Under the pieces are notes generated by a model. The model worked only from the letters and a program-made list of their open reading frames with translations. It did not search any database and was not told where the DNA came from. A program made the position numbers and the translations under genes. Positions 53,916 through 63,455 of a DNA stretch of 64,000 bases are shown piece after piece. The stretch is from Clostridia bacterium (GTDB lineage: Bacteria > Bacillota > Clostridia > TANB77 > CAG-508). Location: NCBI GenBank assembly GCA_022797145.1, contig JAAWKA010000005.1:15874-79873 (forward strand), written 5' to 3'. The first letter of the stretch is position 1, and every line of letters begins with the position of its first letter.

Positions 53916-53961
53916 ATTATATATTTATTATTTTAAAAAAACAATTCCCTTTTTTTTCCCT
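53916..53961 (-). promoter_or_regulatory. Sigma-A promoter with GGGAA box (P5), upstream of the XRE gene
   Basis: AGGGAAAAAAAAGGGAA-TTGTTT-17 nt-TATAAT; hairpin at 53805-53845. Confidence 0.7.
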
Positions 53962-53973
53962 TTGAAATATTTT

Positions 53974-54690
53974 TTACATTTCTTCTTCCTCTTCATTATC
54001 ACAATCATTTGAATTAGTTTCCATATTTGCATCTAATAAATTATTCAACCTAATTTGTAATTCTTTATCACTTATATTAAGTTGTGCTTTTTCTTCTAAA
54101 GCCCATTCTACTATATCTTCTGTGTCTAATTCGTTTATATATTCTATGGGTAAAATTGGGGTTAGTGCATTTTTTAAAATATCCAATTTTTCTGTATTTG
54201 TTTCTAAATAATTATAAAATGATTCATACATACTTTTTATTGTATGATCTTCTCTACCATTATATTTATTGTCTACAAAATTAATATATTCAGTTGCTGT
54301 TCCTTTTATATTATTCTTCTTTGCATAACATTGAAATATTTCGTATCTAACATTATGTCCAAAATTCATTTCTTTTGGTTTATCTAAAATCTTGATAAAA
54401 TCTTTATACTCTGCTGGTATTTTTCTTTTCTTTATAAAACAATCAAAGCACTCATTCAAATACATATTTTCATATCCGTTTAAATTATTTATATTAATTC
54501 TTTTTCCGTTTAAGTCTTCAAGAGAATATCTCATATCACTTTTATTTTCTTGTAAAGTATAATAAGCGGAAAATCCTTTTATATCATCTAATCTTTTTTG
54601 TAGTTCTTCTTCAGATAACTGTGGTTTTTTCTTCTTTAACAATTTTTCAAATCCTACTTTATCATCAATTAAATATGTTATTCTTCTCAT
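53974..54690 (-). CDS. Hypothetical, acidic tail
   Basis: Ends DNEEEEEM; followed by a promoter, not by a coupled gene. Confidence 0.75.
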   Translation of the reverse strand: MRRITYLIDDKVGFEKLLKKKKPQLSEEELQKRLDDIKGFSAYYTLQENKSDMRYSLEDLNGKRININNLNGYENMYLNECFDCFIKKRKIPAEYKDFIKILDKPKEMNFGHNVRYEIFQCYAKKNNIKGTATEYINFVDNKYNGREDHTIKSMYESFYNYLETNTEKLDILKNALTPILPIEYINELDTEDIVEWALEEKAQLNISDKELQIRLNNLLDANMETNSNDCDNEEEEEM

Positions 54691-54694
54691 AATA

Positions 54695-54979
54695 TTATCC
54701 TCCCATAAAATTCAATATATAATTCAATAATTCCTTATTTAATACAACAGTTGCCCCTATTGTGACTAATCCAACAATTCCTACTATTATTGTTAATTTC
54801 AAAATTTTTACAAAAACATCTATTATTAATGATAAAAACTTAATAATCTTATTTGAATTTTGATTTATAACTATTGTATTTTTATCTGAAGATAAATTGT
54901 ATTTTTTTATTGTTTTGTCATTTTTCTCTTTTTGTTTCTTTTCTTTAATATATGCTTTATATAATGTGTGCTTTTCCAT
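54695..54979 (-). CDS. Small membrane protein of the transfer region
   Basis: C-terminal TM helix. Confidence 0.7.
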   Translation of the reverse strand: MEKHTLYKAYIKEKKQKEKNDKTIKKYNLSSDKNTIVINQNSNKIIKFLSLIIDVFVKILKLTIIVGIVGLVTIGATVVLNKELLNYILNFMGG

Positions 54980-54981
54980 AT

Positions 54982-56139
54982 TTACTCCTTCTTTTTAAAT
55001 AACTGCATAAATTTATTCTTCTTTACTTCTTTAATGTCTGTATTCAAAATAAATGGATTGAATATTCTTTCCAAATATAATTTATTAGCCACTACAAAAG
55101 GATTATCTATATATTCGCTAAACATTGTATTTCCTTTGAAATCTCCCATATTATTTTTAAAGAATTGTCTATCTTCTTTTTTAGTAAAGTTGAATATAAA
55201 GTTTATGTTTTTATCATTCCCTATCTTTTCAAAACATCCAAATAAACCTGGAAGTTCCCATGATTTTGTTCCACTAACTATAAACTTTATATCTTTTGTT
55301 AAGAAATTGTTTACTTCACTATCATTCATGTCCTGCATTGATCCAAAATCAAAAATAAGAAAATCATATTTATCATTCATAATCTCACTTATGCCACTCT
55401 GCAAATACATTTCTATTCCTTGATATTCTATTTTTCCAGATTGTTCATAATAATTCACTTCTTCTTTGTTAGAAGTATTATAAATTTGAATTATACTGTT
55501 ATACCTATTATTTTCTATATAACATACATTAACATTAGGTAGTTCAGATAAATACTTAGTCATATTAATTGCTTGTGTAGTAGCTCCTATGTGTCTTTCG
55601 CTCGAACATATACCAACTGTTACTTTTTGCTTAATTTTTATGTAGTTTTCTTTTATAACCTTTGTTCCATTATTAATTGAAAGAAAATTGTTTTCTAATT
55701 GGAATTTAACAGAATTTGCAAAATTCATTCCTTTAGGTGTTAATGTCTTCTCTAGTTCTTCTTTGAAAAGAATATCATTTGTAGCAGTTATAAAATTATA
55801 TATTCCTAAATAAAACAATCTACCAAGTAATGTATTTCCTTTTCCTGCTCCTTCTAAAATAAATATAATTCTTAACTCACAAAATCTTCTTATTTTTTCT
55901 ACTGTTGTAATAATATCATTATCTTTTGTCATTTTATTTATAGCTGCATAATCTATAATTAAAAAATCTATGTTATTAAGTATTGGCAATTCAGTTTGTA
56001 AAAAACTATCGAGACTATAATCATTTATGTATCTATTTACCAAATGTATTTTATTTTCTTTACATACTTCTTCAATAATAGGATTCACTTTATTAGAAAT
56101 GTATATATACTTTTGATAAGTTTTTTCATCTTCTTCCAT
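54982..56139 (-). CDS. Receiver-like domain plus degenerate ParA/MinD-type P-loop domain
   Basis: VGICSSERHIGATTQA, YDFLIFDFG. Confidence 0.65.
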   Translation of the reverse strand: MEEDEKTYQKYIYISNKVNPIIEEVCKENKIHLVNRYINDYSLDSFLQTELPILNNIDFLIIDYAAINKMTKDNDIITTVEKIRRFCELRIIFILEGAGKGNTLLGRLFYLGIYNFITATNDILFKEELEKTLTPKGMNFANSVKFQLENNFLSINNGTKVIKENYIKIKQKVTVGICSSERHIGATTQAINMTKYLSELPNVNVCYIENNRYNSIIQIYNTSNKEEVNYYEQSGKIEYQGIEMYLQSGISEIMNDKYDFLIFDFGSMQDMNDSEVNNFLTKDIKFIVSGTKSWELPGLFGCFEKIGNDKNINFIFNFTKKEDRQFFKNNMGDFKGNTMFSEYIDNPFVVANKLYLERIFNPFILNTDIKEVKKNKFMQLFKKKE

Positions 56140-56157
56140 TTAAATATCTCCTTTTCT

Positions 56158-56496
56158 CTAATTATCTCCATTCCAAATTTCCTCATATCGAATTACTTCA
56201 TTACTATTTGTTCTTAATTCATGTTTCACTCCTGTTTCTATTGGCTGTTTTATAGTTCCACTATCTTCAAATTCATTTTGAGTTGGTGCTTCTAACAAAC
56301 CTTTTAAATTATCAATCATTTCATTTTTATTTTCTTCAATAGTAGTATTTTGGCTATTTCTTACTGTGATTTCTTTATCATCTTTTTTTCCTTTTCCCAT
56401 ATTTAAGCAAATAGCCATTACAATAACTACAAATAAAGCTATTACTAGTATTACTACTTGTTTAATTAATTCTTCCTTACTTTTCACTTTTCTCAC
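56158..56496 (-). CDS. Single-TM protein of the transfer region
   Basis: N-terminal TM helix. Confidence 0.7.
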   Translation of the reverse strand: MRKVKSKEELIKQVVILVIALFVVIVMAICLNMGKGKKDDKEITVRNSQNTTIEENKNEMIDNLKGLLEAPTQNEFEDSGTIKQPIETGVKHELRTNSNEVIRYEEIWNGDN

Positions 56497-56503
56497 CTCT
56501 CTT

Positions 56504-57193
56504 TTATGCTTCTAATATATTTCCAAACAAAAATGGAGCTGGATTAATATCATTCCCATATCCAGACTTCGTTCTTACTTCAAAGTGTAAGTGATCTCCT
56601 GTTGATAGTCCTGTACTACCCATTATGCCAATTACTTCTCCTTTTTTTATAGTATCTCCTACTTTACAACTAACAGTTCCATCTTTCATATGAGCATAAA
56701 AAGTATATATTTTTGTACCATCTGGCAATGTATGTAATATCTCAACTCCATTTCCAAAACTAGAACCTAAATTATTATAAGTTCTTAAAGAAACAACACC
56801 ATCTTCTGCTGCAACTATTTTATTACTTGATAATGAAACTAAATCCATACCTGTATGTTTCTTTTTTACTCCAGTTACTGGATGAATTCTATAACCATGT
56901 TTTGATGTTATTTTTCCTGAAGCAGAATCCCATTTTGCAAATGGAATAATAAATTTTGCTTCTGCATATTTGGTTAAATCTTCATCTGAAATCACTTCTC
57001 CTGATACTACTGATGAAGTGGTTGTTTCTTCTGTATCTTCATTATTATCAGTTGTAAATAATCCTGCTATCAATAAAACTGGTATTATTATTAAAAAGAA
57101 CAATCCTATAATTATTCCTAATATAATTGCTTTTACTTTTAATGAAAGAAAATTAAAAGCAGTTGCTCCAATATCTTCAATAGATGTTGACAT
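56504..57193 (-). CDS. M23 peptidase (conjugative cell-wall hydrolase)
   Basis: HTGMD, YAHM, STGDHLHFE; N-terminal TM. Confidence 0.9.
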   Translation of the reverse strand: MSTSIEDIGATAFNFLSLKVKAIILGIIIGLFFLIIIPVLLIAGLFTTDNNEDTEETTTSSVVSGEVISDEDLTKYAEAKFIIPFAKWDSASGKITSKHGYRIHPVTGVKKKHTGMDLVSLSSNKIVAAEDGVVSLRTYNNLGSSFGNGVEILHTLPDGTKIYTFYAHMKDGTVSCKVGDTIKKGEVIGIMGSTGLSTGDHLHFEVRTKSGYGNDINPAPFLFGNILEA

Positions 57194-59021
57194 TAGATAC
57201 CACCTCCAACTAAGAATGGTTCTTCATATTTTAATCCTTTAACATTTATTAACATATGTCCAGATCCTATAAATAACAATCCTCTTCCGTTGGTCCTTTT
57301 GACTAATTATTGCTTTTTCATCTTGATTTAGATTGTAAATTCTTACAATTTCTACCAAATCTTGACCATCTGTTCCGAAAAAAAATTTATAAGTGCTATT
57401 GTCTAGTATTGCTTGTCCGATACTGTTTTACTTCTGGAGATAAAAAATCCACTAAATTTTGAGAAATTATCATTAGTCCGAGCCTGATATTTACGACATC
57501 TTTTACAAAAATTTCGTAAGAATTCAATAGATTCTTTTATTTTCTTATCTATAAGCAAATAAGCCTCATCACATGCTACATATACTTTTTCTGTTCTATC
57601 TCTAAATGCTAAATTTTCACAAAATCTCAAAATGTTTAAATATTGACATCTTTTAATATTTTCGTTTGAATTTTGTAACGCACTTACATCAAAACATACA
57701 AAAGAATTGTCAATCTTTATTGTAGAATGGCCATTAAATAATTCTTTGCTTTCTCCTATCGCAAGCCCTCTTATAACTGACCTTAATGTTTCATAATGTT
57801 TTTTATGTTCTGAAGGTTTATTAGCTTTATCTTCTAATAAATAATATAGGTTTTCCATAATTGGAAATTCTGTACTTTTCATTTTAGTTACATCTGTTTC
57901 CCAGTCAATATTAAAATTTTTATATAATTCTTCTAGTGATTCCATTAAGATACTCATTTGTAATGTTGTTATATCTGGGAAGTATAATTTGAAAAATGTA
58001 GATAAAAAATTCATATGTAATGATAAAGCTGATTTTGTTGATATATATTCATCTTCTTCATCACTTTCTGTTTGTGTTGGCAATGGATTGACTTGCAATG
58101 GATTTAATCTTCCAACATTCTCACCTGTTCCACCTGAACAATCTACCCACTTTCCTTTTACTCTTCTGCACATATCTCGCATTTCACCTTCTGGATCTAT
58201 TGCATAAATTTTTGTTCCATTCAACCATTCATTAAATAGTATTTTCTTAGCCAAGTATGATTTTCCACTTCCAGAAGCTCCTGTTATAACACAGTTTGAA
58301 TTTGGTCTTGCTGGTGTTTTACAAAATGGTGATAATATAATTATTTTTCCATCTTCATCCGTACCTAAATAGTAGCCTTCTTTGTCTACAATTCCACTTC
58401 CGACTGAATGGTAACCCTAGAAATAATGCTTCTAATGACATATTTTTATTTGACATATCTAGTATCTCTTGGTCAAAAGTATCATATGGTCCAGCTTGTC
58501 TTAATGCTTTTTCTTGAATAAATGCTGGTACTCTTGCTTTTAATCCCATTCCTGCAATTTCATTTTTAACTTTTCTACAATTTTCTAAAAAAGCATTATC
58601 TGTTTTTCCTGATGTTCTGGTTAAGAATGACAAATTCACATATGGAATATTATTTACTGTTATATCTCTAATAATTTTTTCTGCTGAAGCAATTTTGAAT
58701 TCTGCTTGTGTCTTTAGAGCTTCGTTATTAGTTGTATTATAGGTATTTTTATCTGTAGCAAGACCTTTACTAATTCCTTCTACATAACTTTGAATATCTT
58801 CTATAGGACTAACCAATAAACTTACTGTGCTACTTTTCATATCTTTCAAATTCATTAGCCATCCGAACATTTACAGTTGAAGGATACCCACTAATATATT
58901 GTAGTTTATGTGTTGTATCTCCTAACTGAACTTTATTGTTTTTTATTTCGATTCCTTGTGGTGTAATTAAATTTAGCAAATCAACATTAATAGGAATTGC
59001 TTCCATCTTTTTTGATTTCAT
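57193..59021 (-). CDS. virB4: VirB4/TraE-type conjugation ATPase; 607 aa after five +1 shifts at C-GGA (58865, 58402, 57480, 57419, 57289)
   Basis: Walker A GASGSGKS, IDPEGE, CDEAYLL, KRCRKY.[C]GLMIISQN, Y[C]GQAILDN, Q[C]GRGLL; restored stop overlaps the M23 start as TAATG. Confidence 0.88.
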
Positions 59022-59106
59022 TTTGTCCTAGCTCCTCTCTTCAATATAATAAAAAAGAGTAATGCCAGGTTGCTAAACCTAGTCTTTACTCTTTTTGTAT
59101 GTTATC

Positions 59107-59152
59107 ATTATATATTTGAAGAAATTAGCTTTCAATTCCCAAAATTTTCCCT
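59107..59152 (-). promoter_or_regulatory. Sigma-A promoter with GGGAA box (P6)
   Basis: AGGGAAAATTTTGGGAA-TTGAAA-17 nt-TATAAT, then hairpin plus U-tract at 59051-59096. Confidence 0.8.
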
Positions 59153-59154
59153 TA

Positions 59155-59763
59155 TTAAATATTAACAACTAAAGGACTTTCTAAATAGTTTGAATCTTCT
59201 AAATAAATATCATCAGTATTATTAAAGCTATTCACTAATTGTATAATTAATTTTTCTGTTAAAATTTCTGTTTTATACCCTACATTTGCAAATTTTAATT
59301 TTATTTCATTTAATCTTTTCATTAGATTATCTTCGGCATAATCATTATTTTCTTCCCAAATAATAAAATATATTTCCGATTCTACTGCTCTACCTCTTGT
59401 TGCAAGAGAATTAAAACTTGCATTTCTTTGTTCTAACAGATTATATTTGAAAGAATCGTTTTCTTTCTCAATTAGTGATAACTGATAATCTTGGTTTTTT
59501 GCAAGGTCTATTGGTCTATTTGTAAAGAATAATTTAAATGGTTTTAATTCTGCTACAAAACTTTTAGTTAAGTTTCTTCCATGTCCTACCTGCTCATCTT
59601 TGCTCATTAATTTACAATTTTTTGTATATATCTTTAAATAGGCTAATACTTTATTATCTATTGTATATAGAAAATTTCCCTGTATGTCTCGTATATTTAA
59701 AAACCTATTAGCTGAAATGTTTTCTTTCTTTTTAAATAAACTATCAAATAATAATAAGCTCAT
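59155..59763 (-). CDS. Conjugation protein upstream of virB4
   Basis: FLNIRDI...LYT...N..L.S..E pattern seen next to VirB4 in Firmicutes ICEs; position. Confidence 0.65.
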   Translation of the reverse strand: MSLLLFDSLFKKKENISANRFLNIRDIQGNFLYTIDNKVLAYLKIYTKNCKLMSKDEQVGHGRNLTKSFVAELKPFKLFFTNRPIDLAKNQDYQLSLIEKENDSFKYNLLEQRNASFNSLATRGRAVESEIYFIIWEENNDYAEDNLMKRLNEIKLKFANVGYKTEILTEKLIIQLVNSFNNTDDIYLEDSNYLESPLVVNI

Positions 59764-60115
59764 AATTATTTTCCCTCCTCCTTACAATTTTCTCATATTT
59801 AAAATATTGTTGACTATTATAAAATTTAATAATATTCCCTATTAACATTGCAATTGATGTATTGTGCTTATCTTTCATAACTGCAATAAAAGTTAAAACA
59901 GTTATTACTCCAAAAATCCCAACTGCTATAAGATAATTATGAAACATTAAGTTATAGATATATCCTAATAATATTCCTATTATTCCTGCTACCCCTGTAT
60001 TAACTAATTCTTCTATTCCTATTCCATTGATTAACTCCATACGAGTTCTGACATCTGCTGGTATAGGTATTTGGTATTGTTCATCATACATACTTTTCAC
60101 TCCTATTCTACCCAT
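59744..60115 (-). CDS. PrgI/VirB3-like two-TM protein
   Basis: IPADVRTRMELINGIG, two TM helices, KFYNSQQYF. Confidence 0.7.
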   Translation of the reverse strand: MGRIGVKSMYDEQYQIPIPADVRTRMELINGIGIEELVNTGVAGIIGILLGYIYNLMFHNYLIAVGIFGVITVLTFIAVMKDKHNTSIAMLIGNIIKFYNSQQYFKYEKIVRRRENNYELIII

Positions 60116-60727
60116 GTAAATTGTTGATATTTCTTATCTTTCCAATCTCCCATTAAATTATAAAAATCTTCTTTTGATTTAACTGTTCCTTTGGCATCTG
60201 CTGAAAATAAAAATCCTTGATATTCAGATTCCACTTTATCTTTCTCCCATGATATGTAATATTGGTCTTTTGCTATACTTCCACGAGTTATTCCGTTGGC
60301 AATCATCATACATTTTGTAGACCGAACACCATATTTTAAAACTATTAGTCCATGTTCCAAGATTAATCAATTTATCTTCAGTTTTTACATAGTATTGGTG
60401 GTCTACCTTTATAACTTGTCTCCCTTCTACATCTTTATGGTCTTCTTCTAAAGTTCCGTCTATAATGCTAGTTTTTATTCCTGAAAAATCTCCAATTACT
60501 TCTGGTGATTGCTCATATGGAAAATAATCTAAAATTAAAGTCTTTATATTAGTAATAGAGATGATTAAAACAAATGCTATTAATCCATGTTTTATTCTGT
60601 TTAAATATCTTTTTGAATCTCCTTCATCTCCCATCATAATTTTAAAAACTGCAATAAGTATCATAAGGACTGCTGCAAAGCCTGAAAGAATAGTTAGATA
60701 AGTTACTACTTGATCTAATGTATCCAT
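60103..60727 (-). CDS. Pilin-like protein with C-terminal extension; 207 aa after one +1 shift at C-GGA (60295)
   Basis: N-terminus paralogous to 63456..63834; TGC CAA C GGA ATA joins ORFs 60236..60727 and 60103..60360. Confidence 0.7.
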
Positions 60728-60785
60728 TTTTTTACTCCTCTTTTTTATATTATCCCTATATACTCTTTTTCATTTTCCTCTCATT

Positions 60786-61247
60786 TTAAATTTCTAGTTC
60801 TTCGTCCTCTTCTTTGTCTTGATATATTTCTATTATCTTTTTTTGAACATCTACTTGTTTTTTATAAACATCTCTTTGTTGTTTTACATTTTCTAATTCT
60901 TCCAGTTTTAAATTTTCGTTTCTAAAAGAATATATTTGATTTTTATTATAAGTAGCTTGAATAAGTGTTATATCAAGATGTTCTAAATTATTTATAATCG
61001 TAAATAATGCTTTTTTTGTATCAAACCCCCAAGCATATTTGCAAGCATTGTCAACATCAAAACTGTATTGTTCAATAATTCCATTTTCTATTAATTCACT
61101 TTCATTCATTAATGCCATACATAAACTGAATAAGTCCTTTTGACTTTTTAATGTCCTAGTTTCTCCTTTTTCGTTTAAATATGTTAAACTAAATTTTTTA
61201 TTTCTATGTATGACATTATTAATACTTTTCCTAAGGTATGTTACCAT
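60786..61247 (-). CDS. Hypothetical, acidic tail
   Basis: Ends EEDEELEI. Confidence 0.72.
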   Translation of the reverse strand: MVTYLRKSINNVIHRNKKFSLTYLNEKGETRTLKSQKDLFSLCMALMNESELIENGIIEQYSFDVDNACKYAWGFDTKKALFTIINNLEHLDITLIQATYNKNQIYSFRNENLKLEELENVKQQRDVYKKQVDVQKKIIEIYQDKEEDEELEI

Positions 61248-61266
61248 TTTTTGCTCCTAACTGTAA

Positions 61267-61650
61267 TCAAACTGTTTCTGTTAATTCCTTTAAGATTTCA
61301 GTTCTATTTACATAGTTTCCTTTTCTATTATTTATTGTCTGTAATCCTTTTAGTGCTTTTATTATATCTCCTGCAATTAGTTTATTATTGTATTTATTTG
61401 CCAATTTATCTTTTAAGCAATTTATTTTTTCTAATTCTTTTTTTATTTCTCTTCTTTCAACACTTACTCTTTTTAAAAGTTTCCCTACTCTAGCATATCC
61501 TGCTGCATTAAGTTCTGTATTTTCTATATAATGCAAAATATCTTGTCTTTCTAAATCTTTTTGACTTAACTCTTCAGATATTTTTTGTGCCTGTTTATCT
61601 ATATTTTGAAAAAAATTTAACATATATTTTAAAAAATCATCTACTTCCAT
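61267..61650 (-). CDS. Coiled-coil phage/ICE hypothetical
   Basis: QDILHYIE...L...RREIK...Y..R pattern. Confidence 0.7.
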   Translation of the reverse strand: MEVDDFLKYMLNFFQNIDKQAQKISEELSQKDLERQDILHYIENTELNAAGYARVGKLLKRVSVERREIKKELEKINCLKDKLANKYNNKLIAGDIIKALKGLQTINNRKGNYVNRTEILKELTETV

Positions 61651-61679
61651 TTTTCATTCTCCGTTCTCCGTTCTTTTGG

Positions 61680-62523
61680 TTATTTTTTACCTTTTCCAAT
61701 TCCACCTCTAAAGGTATTTACTACTCTTGTAACTGTACTTATTTTTCCTGATACACTACCACCACCAGCTGTACTCATAAACTCTTGTAACATATGAGGT
61801 GTTCTTAAAGCTATGGATGAGGTTGATAGCGATAGAACAAATTTACCTTTATTCATTAAAATAATTGCTAATTGCATTAATAATAATTGAACAATTATTG
61901 TAAAAGCATTAGTCATAAACTTTTTAATATATCCTTTGAATGCCCCACCATCGCTATTTAACAGACCGATGGAAGCAAAAGGCATTCCAAGTCTTAGGAT
62001 AAACATTTCTATTCCACGAGTTATAAATTGGAAATACAATAGTGCTAATTGTATTGCTATTACTAAATATAAAATCGCTCCAAAAACATTAAAAGCTAAA
62101 TTACTAGCTTCTACTGTTACTATATCTTTTGAGCCTGTCATTCCTTGTAATAGATTATAGAAAAACTCATAAAATACATTTGCGAATTTTGTATATATGA
62201 AACCAAATGTAATCATTATAATCATTGCCTTTAAAAATCCTATTAATATGTTTAATGGGTTATTATCTGGATCTCCACTTGACCAAGCAAGATAAGTTTC
62301 TATCATCTTTTTTATAAAAAGAATTATTAATACTGCTATGGCAAAAGTATAAATTGCATTATATAATCCACCAATATTGAAATTTTCCAAATTTCTAAAA
62401 TTAATTTCTATTGCAAATCCGATTCCAGAACATTGTATCGTAAACTCCACTAAACCACGAAAGTATAGCTTCTGCTAACCAACTTAATATATATGTAATA
62501 ATAGTTCCTACCAAAACTGCCAT
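61680..62523 (-). CDS. VirB6/TrbL-like conjugation membrane protein; 280 aa after one +1 shift at C-GGA (62421)
   Basis: AGGAAGGAG RBS + ATG GCA GTT...TGG AAT C GGA TTT GCA; multi-TM, QFITRGIEMFILRLGMPFASIGL. Confidence 0.8.
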
Positions 62524-62612
62524 TGCTTTTTCTCCTTCCTTAAATATAATTATAATGAAAAAAGAGTAATACCAAGTCGCAAGACTTAGTAATGACTCTT
62601 TTCAATACTATC

Positions 62613-62658
62613 ATTATATCTTTAGGAAAAGTTGCTTTCAATTCCCAATTTTTTCCCT
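62613..62658 (-). promoter_or_regulatory. Sigma-A promoter with GGGAA box (P7)
   Basis: AGGGAAAAAATTGGGAA-TTGAAA-17 nt-TATAAT, then hairpin plus U-tract at 62557-62603. Confidence 0.8.
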
Positions 62659-63436
62659 AGGGTTGTGGTGGCATTCTTTCTAGTTCTTCTTCCATTTCTT
62701 CTTCACATATCATTTGTTCTCTTTCGTTTTGTTCTTGCAATTTTGATTCTTTTTCTATTGCTTCATCTATTTTTTTGTTTATAACTTCCCTTGCTTTTTC
62801 AACTTCATTACTAAGTTGTTCTAATGCCTTTCTATCTTTTTGCAATTTTGAAACAACATCAGATTCTTTAATTAGTTTTTCTATTTTATCTATTTTATAA
62901 ACTCTGGAAAATTCTAGTTTTTTCTTTTGATAAGTTCTTTCTAATTCTACATTATTTGGATTTTGAATCATATCAATATGTGCTTCATACAAGTCTTCTA
63001 CCATCTTATTGTCTTGCCATCTGTCAAACAAATATGCAATAGCAATACCTGGTATTCCAGTCACTAATCCAATCAAAACATATCTTTTAATGTAGCCATA
63101 TATCTTTTCATTTTCTGAAACAGAACCCTGTATTTTATTTGAAAGATCTGCTTGTAATTTTCTTTCATCTTCTTCAAGTTCTTTCTTCCTTTGTTCTCTC
63201 ATCAGTATAATTTTTTTAGCTTCTTCTTCTTCTTTTTTTCTTTTTTCTTCTGTGGCCTTATTTAGAGTTTTTTCAACATCTTCAGACATAATAGCTTGAT
63301 CAATTCTTTCTTGTTGTATCATTCTTTCAAGTTCTCCTAATTGTTCAGCCAATTTGTCTAAATTGTTATTTTCCTTTTCTAATCTTTCTAACTCTATTTG
63401 CTTTTTAGTTTTTTCTAATTCTAATTCCTGTGCCAT
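62657..63436 (-). CDS. Coiled-coil protein with one hydrophobic segment and acidic C-terminus
   Basis: Ends EEEMEEELERMPPQP. Confidence 0.72.
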   Translation of the reverse strand: MAQELELEKTKKQIELERLEKENNNLDKLAEQLGELERMIQQERIDQAIMSEDVEKTLNKATEEKRKKEEEEAKKIILMREQRKKELEEDERKLQADLSNKIQGSVSENEKIYGYIKRYVLIGLVTGIPGIAIAYLFDRWQDNKMVEDLYEAHIDMIQNPNNVELERTYQKKKLEFSRVYKIDKIEKLIKESDVVSKLQKDRKALEQLSNEVEKAREVINKKIDEAIEKESKLQEQNEREQMICEEEMEEELERMPPQP

Positions 63437-63455
63437 TTTTCTTTACTCCTTTATT

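Noticed and set aside
21870-60460. Other CGGA strings (e.g. AAC GGA near 21875, 38108 and 54478; ATC GGA near 44965; TTC GGA near 57377; GAC GGA near 60458)
   Set aside because: The C is the third base of the preceding codon and the frame is intact. These are not recoding sites and argue against a purely motif-driven sequencing error.
530-62160. Short plus-strand ORFs antisense to minus-strand genes (e.g. 897..1121, 13306..13677, 25540..25905, 54968..55423)
   Set aside because: I/F/S/L-rich shadows of AT-rich coding strands, with no RBS or recognisable motifs.
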